A stretch of DNA of 36,660 nt, from contig CABMCB010000038.1 in the NCBI GenBank assembly GCA_902384455.1, positions 1-36,660 of the forward strand, given 5' to 3'. Source of the DNA: an uncultured archaeon (GTDB lineage: Archaea; Altiarchaeota; Altiarchaeia; IMC4; SCGC-AAA252-I15). A model generated the notes under the pieces. It ran no database searches and was not told where the DNA came from. It saw only the letters and a program-made list of their open reading frames with translations. Positions 26,059 to 32,914 of this stretch are shown piece after piece. Position 1 is the first letter of the stretch; each line of letters opens with the position of its first letter. Both the position numbers and the translations under genes were made by a program.

Positions 26059-26143
26059 ACTAAAACCATCGACGCGCTCTTCGTGTTGCTGTTTCGCGCC
26101 GAACGACCCTCAAATGCAGCTCCAAAGAGGAGAGTCGTAAACT

Positions 26144-26234
26144 TGGATTCGTCTCAGGTTCGCTGGTTCAACGTGTTGGCCGCTAAGCCGAATACCCTGA
26201 TTCACGTTCCTACTTTCCAGCGGGAACGGACGAA
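26144..26234 (-). ncRNA. Unassigned pseudoknotted RNA ending in TCCA
   Basis: TTCGTC/GACGAA closing stem plus TCCA; CGTTCC/GGAACG; TCAGG/CCTGA; pseudoknot CGCTGG/CCAGCG. Confidence 0.55.
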
Positions 26235-26237
26235 GAT

Positions 26238-26312
26238 TGGAGGCCCCAGAGGGAATCGAACCCTCATTCTGCGCTTAGAAGGCGCGTGTCCTGTCCATTG
26301 AACGACAGAGCC
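26238..26312 (-). tRNA. tRNA-Arg(TCT)
   Basis: GCGC-CTTCTAA-GCGC. Confidence 0.92.
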
Positions 26313-26317
26313 AAGCT

Positions 26318-26404
26318 TGGTGCCCCGCGAGAGACTCGAACTCCCACGACCTTCCGGCCACCTGTTTCTAAGACAGGCATGTCTGCCAATTCCATCAGCA
26401 GGGC
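26318..26404 (-). tRNA. tRNA-Leu(TAG)
   Basis: CCTGT-CTTAGAA-ACAGG, long variable arm. Confidence 0.92.
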
Positions 26405-26412
26405 AAATAAAA

Positions 26413-26652
26413 TTATCTAATCGCGTGCCAAGCACGCTTAATATTTTTCACGGTCAATTCGAGTTTATAGTTTTCAAGATATTCCCGAACCCGCCGCCCA
26501 TTTGCTGTACTCGGGCGGTAGCATGGATTCAAAGCCATAAACTCTTCCGCTATTTTTATTCCTTCTCTAAACTCGGTGCCCTGTAAAAGACTCGAACTCC
26601 CCGCGTCTTCCGGCAATCTATTTCTAGAACTGGCGTTTGAGTTCAAAGTCAT
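26413..26652 (-). CDS. Small ORF or gene fragment similar to an internal segment of the scaffold protein
   Basis: EFREGIKIAEEF...YRPSTANGRRVREYLENYKLELTVKNIKRAW versus scaffold EYAEGQVITAKF...YNPCQANYEALVEYLTTNQMDFTLDNLEAAF; start uncertain. Confidence 0.5.
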   Translation of the reverse strand: MTLNSNASSRNRLPEDAGSSSLLQGTEFREGIKIAEEFMALNPCYRPSTANGRRVREYLENYKLELTVKNIKRAWHAIR

Positions 26653-26708
26653 AACCTCTTTCGGACGACGATTCTAAGGCAGTAGCGTATGCATTCTGCC
26701 GCTCGGGA
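26574..26708 (-). pseudogene. Degenerate tRNA-Leu(TAG) remnants
   Basis: GCCGGAAG...GGGAGTTCGAGTCT...GGGCACC resembles the 3' half of 26318-26404; a second decayed CTTAGAA arm lies upstream. Confidence 0.6.
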
Positions 26709-26717
26709 ATTTAAACT

Positions 26718-26803
26718 TGGTGCGCTAGGTCGGAGTCGAACCGACAATCACTTCCGGGCCGGGGGTTTTAAGTCCCCTGCGTATGCCATTCCGCCACACG
26801 CGC
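26718..26803 (-). tRNA. tRNA-Leu(TAA)
   Basis: GGGG-A-CTTAAAA-C-CCCC, long variable arm, CCA. Confidence 0.9.
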
Positions 26804-26815
26804 ACTGAATAACTT

Positions 26816-26923
26816 GACCGCCGTGCTACCGCTACACCACCGCTCGTCGCATCCTTGCCGTATACACGGCTGACTCAAGAATGCACTATAGAGCAACTGG
26901 GATTCGAACCCAGACTTGCAGTC
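26816..26923 (-). ncRNA. Circularly permuted tRNA-like RNA (YrlA-like topology)
   Basis: GACTGC, T arm CTGGG-TTCGAAT-CCCAG, TTGCTC-[hairpin insert]-GAGCGG, D arm TGGTGTAGCGGTAGCAC, GCGGTC. Confidence 0.72.
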
Positions 26924-26942
26924 CTACCTGCCCGCCGATGTT

Positions 26943-27299
26943 TCATGCGGGACTTAATCTTTCTTCTTCCTCTCTGTGGCAATTAGCACACAAGAGAATG
27001 CACTTCTTAGCTTCAAACCAAAAGGCTTCCCAGTTATAAAATCTAAAGTCGTGGACATCTCGAATTTTATTTTCTGGCTCTGTGTGATGAAATTCCAGAG
27101 CACCTAAACATCTCGAATATCCACATCGGGAGCATTTCCCGCCCAACAACTTCACTGCCTTTTTCTTCTGTTCTCTGGCTCTGTTTTTAACGTAAAGTTT
27201 CAAACAGCCCTTACACAGAGTCATCAGTTTAGAGCCGCGAGACGACTTATAAAAATCTTCTTCCAGCTTCTCTAAATCACATTTAATACACTTTCTCAT
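26943..27299 (-). CDS. HNH endonuclease (family B)
   Basis: GGKCSRCGY...LEFHHTEP...CILLCANCH. Confidence 0.87.
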   Translation of the reverse strand: MRKCIKCDLEKLEEDFYKSSRGSKLMTLCKGCLKLYVKNRAREQKKKAVKLLGGKCSRCGYSRCLGALEFHHTEPENKIRDVHDFRFYNWEAFWFEAKKCILLCANCHREEEERLSPA

Positions 27300-27361
27300 T
27301 TCACTCTCCCTAAAGAGTGGGAAGGGGTGTTAGGGCACCCCTTTCCTTGTAGCTACAATTT

Positions 27362-27620
27362 CCGGGCGGTATTTATCAACGCGCCCCGCCGTGGCGCTTA
27401 GAGCGTCTTAAAGACGCCGAGACGGCTTAGCCCTTACCAGCATGCGAGCCCGAAGTACGGGAGCTACCCGACGACGTTTGCGTCTCTGTTGCAACATCTT
27501 TGCTAAGAGCCAACCAACTTCAAGAACTTCTCAAGGCCCAGCTTCTCAAACAATACCTTCGCTGTTAGGACGACCCGCCAGGTCCTTTGTGGAGAACACC
27601 CGAACGGCTCCACGAACTTA
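27362..27620 (-). ncRNA. Unassigned pseudoknot-rich RNA
   Basis: Helices GTGGAG/CTCCAC, AGGAC/GTCCT, TTAGC/GCTAA crossing GAGACG/CGTCTC, and an H-type knot GCGCC/GGCGC with GGCGG/CCGCC. Confidence 0.5.
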
Positions 27621-27631
27621 TACTTAAAAAC

Positions 27632-27710
27632 TGGTCGGAGAACTCGGATTCGAACCGAGGTGCTTCCGCTTCCAAAGCGGACGAGATAAGCCAAACTCCT
27701 CTACTCTCCG
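27632..27710 (-). tRNA. tRNA-Pro(TGG)
   Basis: TCCGC-TTTGGAA-GCGGA. Confidence 0.92.
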
Positions 27711-27719
27711 AAGCAAACT

Positions 27720-27793
27720 TGGCTCACCCTGCTGGAATCGAACCAACATCATCCGGTTAACAGCCGGACGCTCTACCACTGAGCTAAAGGCGA
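27720..27793 (-). tRNA. tRNA-Asn(GTT)
   Basis: TCCGG-CTGTTAA-CCGGA, GCCA. Confidence 0.92.
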
Positions 27794-27802
27794 ACTGAAA
27801 AT

Positions 27803-27877
27803 TGGCTCCATCCCCACGATTCGAACGTGGACCTTACCGAGTAACAGTCGGGCGTCATACCGTTAGACCAGAATGGA
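27803..27877 (-). tRNA. tRNA-Asn(GTT), second divergent copy
   Basis: CCGA-CTGTTAC-TCGG, GCCA. Confidence 0.88.
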
Positions 27878-27884
27878 ACTGAAC

Positions 27885-28262
27885 TCAATGACCTGTGCGC
27901 TCATATTTTTCTCTTCGCTTATCAGCGGTGTATGCGTCTCGCATGTACTGAGCGGTTCGGTCTCTTCTAATCGTGACTGCTTGTTCAGGTGTGTACTTCC
28001 TAAACTGGCGGTCTGGCCTATTGCAGTTGAGGTGCGAGAACGCTATATTCTCGATGTCCCAAAACAATTCAGCCGAAATTCCTTCCCAAGGCTTTTTGTG
28101 TTCTATACTTAAATCTTCAACAGCCTCAATAATTCCTTGACACTTGAAGCAAGTGTTCTCATTTAACTTCTTCAATAAATGGAACAAAACAATCTTTCTT
28201 AATCTATTCGACGCCGTGCCGTGAGGCATACCAAGCGTAGCAGATTTCTTCTCATTACTCAT
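27885..28262 (-). CDS. HNH endonuclease (family A)
   Basis: LGMPHGTASNRLRK...CFKC...LSIEHKKPW...NIAFSHLNCN. Confidence 0.82.
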   Translation of the reverse strand: MSNEKKSATLGMPHGTASNRLRKIVLFHLLKKLNENTCFKCQGIIEAVEDLSIEHKKPWEGISAELFWDIENIAFSHLNCNRPDRQFRKYTPEQAVTIRRDRTAQYMRDAYTADKRREKYERTGH

Positions 28263-28301
28263 AAATCTCCCGACCCAGCGGGTCTTTGATTTATTTCAAA
28301 T

Positions 28302-28380
28302 TGGTCGAGGAAGCTGGATTTGAACCAGCGGTCTCTTCTTTCCGAAAGAAGCGGGGACAACCAAGCTCCCCTACTCCTCG
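28302..28380 (-). tRNA. tRNA-Pro(CGG)
   Basis: CTTCT-TTCGGAA-AGAAG. Confidence 0.92.
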
Positions 28381-28389
28381 ACTGAAAAA

Positions 28390-28467
28390 TGGCGGAATGG
28401 GCGGGATTCGAACCCACGGTGGTCTCCCGTGACAGGGGAGTGCGATTGGCCTCTACGCGACCACTCC
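28390..28467 (-). tRNA. tRNA-Asp(GTC)
   Basis: CTCCC-CTGTCAC-GGGAG, GCCA. Confidence 0.92.
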
Positions 28468-28494
28468 GTAAAACTCTTAAACTCTACTGAAACC

Positions 28495-28523
28495 AGTGTA
28501 CCAAAACTTCTAATCTTTGTCAA
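28495..28523 (-). promoter_or_regulatory. Sigma70-type promoter for the tRNA array
   Basis: TTGACA-17 bp-TACACT followed by GGTTTC. Confidence 0.8.
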
Positions 28524-28554
28524 GCACTATTTCAAACTTTCTTTCACGACTTTT

Positions 28555-28630
28555 TGGGGTAAGTGTCGGGACTCGAACCCGAACCCAGAGATTCACAGTC
28601 TCTGATGCTAGCCTTTACAACACAGATACC
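28555..28630 (-). tRNA. tRNA-His(GTG)
   Basis: CAGAGA-CTGTGAA-TCTCTG; G-1:C73; followed by a T run. Confidence 0.88.
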
Positions 28631-28645
28631 ATCGTGAACGAAACC

Positions 28646-28674
28646 AGAGTAACACGCTTGGTCTGCGATGTCAA
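28646..28674 (-). promoter_or_regulatory. Sigma70-type promoter for tRNA-His
   Basis: TTGACA-17 bp-TACTCT followed by GGTTTC. Confidence 0.78.
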
Positions 28675-28675
28675 G

Positions 28676-28712
28676 AGAAAAGAGGCGGCTGGGGGTTGGA
28701 CCCGCCGCCCCT
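28676..28712 (-). terminator. Probable terminator
   Basis: AGGGGCGG...CCGCCTCT hairpin followed by TTT, after the 28717 stop. Confidence 0.55.
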
Positions 28713-28716
28713 GATT

Positions 28717-28911
28717 TTACAAAAGAGATTTGAGACGGGCGACGACGGCCAAGACCTTGGACTTGTCCTCGTTCACCAGCGTTAGTGCTTCCTGCTCAAT
28801 CTTCCTCACTTCCGCCTTGACCTTCGACAGCGCCAAGTTGGATGGATGCTTCACACGCCCTGCGCCGAAGCCCAGAGCAAAGACTGCGAGAACTAAAATG
28901 ACGGTAAACAT
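28717..28911 (-). CDS. Small membrane-anchored protein
   Basis: AAGGA RBS, N-terminal hydrophobic helix. Confidence 0.65.
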   Translation of the reverse strand: MFTVILVLAVFALGFGAGRVKHPSNLALSKVKAEVRKIEQEALTLVNEDKSKVLAVVARLKSLL

Positions 28912-28920
28912 TGTTTTCCT

Positions 28921-29157
28921 TTAATTGTTTGGGCCGAATGACTTGTGGTCTTCGACGTGCGAATTGATTGGGTAGCGGTTTTCTCCGACCTGCTGCTTTG
29001 CACAACGAACCGCCGCGCCCTTCTCGGCCTCGGCTACCTTAACGGCTTCCGACGGGGGAAGAGATTCACGACACTCCGGCTGGGTCTTAATGACTCCGCT
29101 CGCAGCATCGCCTGCTTTCTCGTGATACACCTTGTATGACTCGCTACTCTTGTTCAT
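28921..29157 (-). CDS. Hypothetical protein
   Basis: Fits the operon packing. Confidence 0.55.
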   Translation of the reverse strand: MNKSSESYKVYHEKAGDAASGVIKTQPECRESLPPSEAVKVAEAEKGAAVRCAKQQVGENRYPINSHVEDHKSFGPNN

Positions 29158-29335
29158 GGCGCTTGTGCTCCACTAATCTTCCACCCACGAGGAGGGCCGG
29201 GTCCTTGCCGCGCATGATAGACCTCATCGCGGAGCCTCTGTATTCGTAAACTCGTTGTCCGTCTGGGTTATCGAACGTGACATGGATGGTGTTGTTGTCG
29301 ATTTTCTTTTTCGATAAGATGTTTTTCTTAGACAT
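29144..29335 (-). CDS. Small protein, weakly KTSC-like
   Basis: IHVTFDNPDGQRVYEYRG pattern; AGGA RBS. Confidence 0.45.
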   Translation of the reverse strand: MSKKNILSKKKIDNNTIHVTFDNPDGQRVYEYRGSAMRSIMRGKDPALLVGGRLVEHKRHEQE

Positions 29336-29460
29336 CAAATCCTATCTTCGAGGTCTCGTCGCAATAAACGAATCTCCCTTCTAAGTTCCGCTACGGTTTG
29401 TGCTAAACGTGAGACTGAATCATCGCATTGTGTTTGTGCAGAAAACATACACGGGTACAA

Positions 29461-29529
29461 ACACAACATATTGTGGTATTCAGAAAAATGGAAGGCACCC
29501 CTCTCACTCGACTATACCACATATTGTGG
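29461..29529. promoter_or_regulatory. Tandem NrdR-box-like operators overlapping an extended -10 promoter (minus strand)
   Basis: ACACAACATATTGTGG (29461) and ATACCACATATTGTGG (29514), 53 bp apart; TGgTATAGT on the minus strand at 29519-29511. Confidence 0.55.
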
Positions 29530-30295
29530 TAGGCAAACAAAAAGGACCCGAAAGTGGTCGGTACGACCCGGCACCTACCCCGGGTGTGACCGTGACAAAG
29601 AAGAGGCCAGATGCGACGAAATCGAGACCGGCGGGCGACGACCCCTTGGGGCGACCACCACCCTGCCACTCCCCCGGGCTCGTTGTTTGGCATGTCACGT
29701 GCTGGGGGAGCAATCTTAATTCCAAACTGTAAGTCCTTTGCTATCAATGCGTCGATTACTGGCCTCGGTGCCGTTGCAAGCGGTCTCCTCCGGTCACAAT
29801 GCGTTGCCGTTGCTTGCAGGTTAATGCTGTATTAACCCGCAGACCTACCCGCCGAGGCTAAATCCTTTAGAATCAAGCTGTTCGGCTTTGGCATGCGGCG
29901 TGCTGGGGGAGCAATTTCGATGCCAATCTGGGAAATCGCTGAAAACACGCGACTTGCTGGCAAATAATCGCGGGCAATGATTTGCCTCGCGGGTCGTGCA
30001 GCACTCGTGCCGACGACGCGTACAATTAAACCGCTTAGTTTGTTTGAGTTGGGAGTGGCTGTTGGTGCTGAATTTGGGTTGGTCTTATGAAGGCCGAGTC
30101 ACCTAGTGGTTGTCACTCCTCTCCCAAAGATGTTCAGACAACCTCACTAGCACAGGCCGTTAACACACTAGTGTCTCGGAGCAACTAAGCCGGTCGGCTT
30201 GACCTAGTCTCCTAAACTTCGTCCAGCCCGTCTGTTCTCCAAACGAGGATTAGACGAGCTGGACCTTGTTCGGGCGTCAACAAGCGCACATTGTA

Positions 30296-30831
30296 GGTCT
30301 GGCCCCACAATAAATAGCATCTGGGAGGAATTTGGCCCCAGAATATATTTCCTTTGTTTTCAACAAATTAACCAAAAAAGCATGCAAAAAGCCAACAAAA
30401 ACGCTGGCCCCACAATTAAGTCCTTTGTTTTCAATAAACGCGTTTTTTAGTTTTGTTGATAATAAAGGACTTACTAAAATGGTGGGGCCAAAAGTGCCAC
30501 ATGAGGGAGAGAGAGAGTGATTTCTGTTCTGCCAATGTCTCTGGGGGAGAAAGCATTAGGCGAACAAAAAGAGAAAACATAAAAAAGGTCATTCATAAGA
30601 GATAAGAAATACACTCAAAACCACTCTCTCTCCCTCATACGCCCTTTTTGGCCCCACCATTTGCTAAGTCCTTTGTTTTCAATACCCCCTTTACTGATTC
30701 TAAAGGACTTAATTGTGGGGCCAAGGGTTTCATTGGGTTTTTGAAGGTTTTTCCCAGATTGTGTTGATAACAAAGGAGATAAATTCCGGGGCCAAATGCT
30801 GTTTGGATTCCATTTATTCCGGGGCCAGACC
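30296..30831. repeat. Large imperfect inverted repeat (30296-30519 / 30622-30831) built from iterated motifs
   Basis: Arms match colinearly in reverse complement, from GGTCTGGCCCC to GAGGGAGAGAGAGTG; ~100 bp A-rich spacer. Confidence 0.85.
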
Positions 30832-31026
30832 CCGAATCCTACCGCTGACGCACAAAACACGGTGTTTTACCAGACCCGCCGACATCAGGCTTCGGCGTCG
30901 CTTGCTCGCTCACCTCATGGTTCGCTCGCGTATCGCGCCAACGCCGCCGTTCTCCCTTACTGGACCATCCTCGCCCGCGCCAGCGTTAACCCATCCTCCC
31001 CGCTTCGGCCTGCACCGCTGGCAGGG

Positions 31027-31663
31027 GGTACTATCAAAATCGGTACTAAAGTACTATTGTATTCTGCCGGTAAAGGCGTATCCTGCTCATGGAGGCTACA
31101 TGAGCTACTACTTCCCATCTTACGCGGACTTAAACGCTGGCAGGTCTTCCATGATTCGCTTGTTAAGCCACCTCAGTTAACTAAACGACGCAAAGTGGCA
31201 CAATGCATCCTTTGGCGAGGTGCGCCACCTAGAAATCTTTGTCGAGCGCGACGTGGAGGAACTCAAGACGCGTGTTATGGAAGCCGCGTTTGACGCCCTC
31301 GCCTATTTCGACTCCATTGGAAAATACAAGGAGTCGGTATGAACTGCCCATCTTGCGGAGCAGCATCGGAACACTGGAAGATAGCTTCGCTCGAAATGCG
31401 ACGCCGTATCAATGACGTAAACGAACAACTGTACTACCTCGGCAAAATGTACCACGACACGGCCATTTCTGCCCCTCCGCTTCCGGGAATGAACGGCTGG
31501 TCTAGTGTTATGAGCGGTAAACGGCGGGTGATAGATGATAATCCGCTCAATTCTTACGACGGGGGCCGCCCCGACGAATTGTAAACACCGGCATCCAAAA
31601 TTGGTGATGCGCCCGGTCTGAGGCACTGATGGTACTATCAAAATCGGTACTAAAGTACTATTG
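31027..31663 (+). repeat. Exact 33-bp direct repeat (31027-31059, 31631-31663) running into promoter -35 boxes
   Basis: GGTACTATCAAAATCGGTACTAAAGTACTATTG occurs twice. Confidence 0.9.
31339..31584 (+). CDS. Hypothetical protein
   Basis: AAGGAG RBS, N-terminal CPSCG. Confidence 0.65.
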   Translation: MNCPSCGAASEHWKIASLEMRRRINDVNEQLYYLGKMYHDTAISAPPLPGMNGWSSVMSGKRRVIDDNPLNSYDGGRPDEL

Positions 31664-31689
31664 CGTCCAAACCGCTAATTTCGTATACT
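31661..31689 (+). promoter_or_regulatory. Sigma70-type promoter
   Basis: TTGCGT-17 bp-TATACT. Confidence 0.65.
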
Positions 31690-31707
31690 TGCACCAGTGG
31701 AGGCAAT

Positions 31708-31914
31708 ATGACAATCTCACAAAAGCTGGAAGCGAAGAGGAAAGAGGCAGTTCGCACTTGGACTCTCGCATGTGAACACGATGGCGTTGACCAGAAAAAC
31801 GTCTTCGTCGTTTTCTCTGACGGTAATCCTTACGCCGCTGACGCAGGTAATGCCGCCGTTGCGTACCGGGAAGCTGCCGTCACCTACAATAAACTGATGT
31901 CGGTGAAATTCTAA
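31708..31914 (+). CDS. Hypothetical protein
   Basis: GGAGG RBS. Confidence 0.7.
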   Translation: MTISQKLEAKRKEAVRTWTLACEHDGVDQKNVFVVFSDGNPYAADAGNAAVAYREAAVTYNKLMSVKF

Positions 31915-32111
31915 TGAGCAACCAATTCTACATCGTGTATCCAGAGCAGCGCACCGTATCTGCTGAGACGATAGTCGTCTGGTACAACGATGCGGTGGCA
32001 AGCAACGAAATTGACGGCGATGTTATCGACGCCTTCTCGCGAGAGGATGCTACACTCGCCGCACTTGCTTTGGAAGATGCCGGACTTATTACTCTGGGAC
32101 ACGCGCTCTAA
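31914..32111 (+). CDS. Hypothetical protein
   Basis: TAATG coupling on both sides. Confidence 0.7.
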   Translation: MSNQFYIVYPEQRTVSAETIVVWYNDAVASNEIDGDVIDAFSREDATLAALALEDAGLITLGHAL

Positions 32112-32608
32112 TGCCAACGCTCAAGGATATTCTCGATAGCCCACTTCGTTCACGAGAGAACAACGACTGCGCGGTGGTCGCGACGGCTGTTGTTCTCAAC
32201 ATCACTTACGAGGATGCACATACTCTTCTTCGTAAAAATGGACGACGCACGCGTTGCGGGACCAGAGTAAGTATATCTCGTGCGGCGCTAGAATCGCGAG
32301 CGAAGGTTATAGAGCATGCAATCGGTTCACCGATGTCGTTCTTCTCTCACCCCAACCGGCCAACGGCGGCGCAGTATCTTCGAAAGCTTCCTAAGACCGG
32401 TCGATATTGGCTCGCAAGCACTACCCATGCATTCGCATACGTGGATGGAGAGTTGAGAGACAATATCACCGGCGGTAAAATGCGCGCCAGAATGCATCGG
32501 TGTTTTGAGATAGTTTTGCCGGACGCGGCGGTAAAACCTGCGCCGGTATCCGAGTTTGCCCCCGGAGAAATCGCTGCGCTGATGGCCCGGCTTGATAAAC
32601 TGGGGTAG
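32111..32608 (+). CDS. Hypothetical phage protein (NDC...H...D motif, possible peptidase-like fold)
   Basis: ENNDCAVVA...THAFAYVDGELRD. Confidence 0.7.
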   Translation: MPTLKDILDSPLRSRENNDCAVVATAVVLNITYEDAHTLLRKNGRRTRCGTRVSISRAALESRAKVIEHAIGSPMSFFSHPNRPTAAQYLRKLPKTGRYWLASTTHAFAYVDGELRDNITGGKMRARMHRCFEIVLPDAAVKPAPVSEFAPGEIAALMARLDKLG

Positions 32609-32621
32609 TACTTTGGTACTA

Positions 32622-32649
32622 TTGCAATCCTATCGGCTAGGAGTATACT
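32622..32649 (+). promoter_or_regulatory. Sigma70-type promoter
   Basis: TTGCAA-16 bp-TATACT preceded by GTAC motifs. Confidence 0.55.
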
Positions 32650-32734
32650 CAGTTCATGGAAAACGAACTCAACTACGAAGTACCAGAAGCTTACGAAGAC
32701 CCGTACTCCGATGAGGCATACGAGGTGGAAAACG

Positions 32735-32914
32735 ATGTCTAGTCTTCGCGCAGAGATTCGAGAGGAGCGCAAGCGCTTGCGCGTGGAATGTTCCATGCTA
32801 CACCGTGCCGCGAATCAGTTGCAGGATATGCCGGACGACCGCAGCAAGCTTAAGGCGCGTCAATATCGCATGGAGGCCGAACTGGTAGCCGAAATTCTAA
32901 GGAGGTCGAAATGA
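32735..32914 (+). CDS. Hypothetical protein
   Basis: GAGGTGG RBS before MSSLRAE. Confidence 0.55.
   Translation: MSSLRAEIREERKRLRVECSMLHRAANQLQDMPDDRSKLKARQYRMEAELVAEILRRSK

Noticed and set aside
27308-27335. Telomere-like CCCTAA/TTAGGG
   Set aside because: Single copies only, explained as the kissing-loop pair of the HNH leader.
26816-27620. Canonical or two-piece tmRNA
   Set aside because: No G3.U70, no CCA, a paired D stem and no typical degradation tag; kept only as a hypothesis in the findings.
35-29139. Numerous plus-strand ORFs in the ORF track
   Set aside because: They are antisense shadows of minus-strand genes and tRNAs, with no convincing RBS or motifs.
29700-30831. CRISPR array
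   Set aside because: Repeats are degenerate, in both orientations and irregularly spaced; no cas genes are present.
29400-31293. Protein-coding ORFs in the switch region
   Set aside because: Overlapping low-quality frames on both strands that run across repeats, without clear starts.
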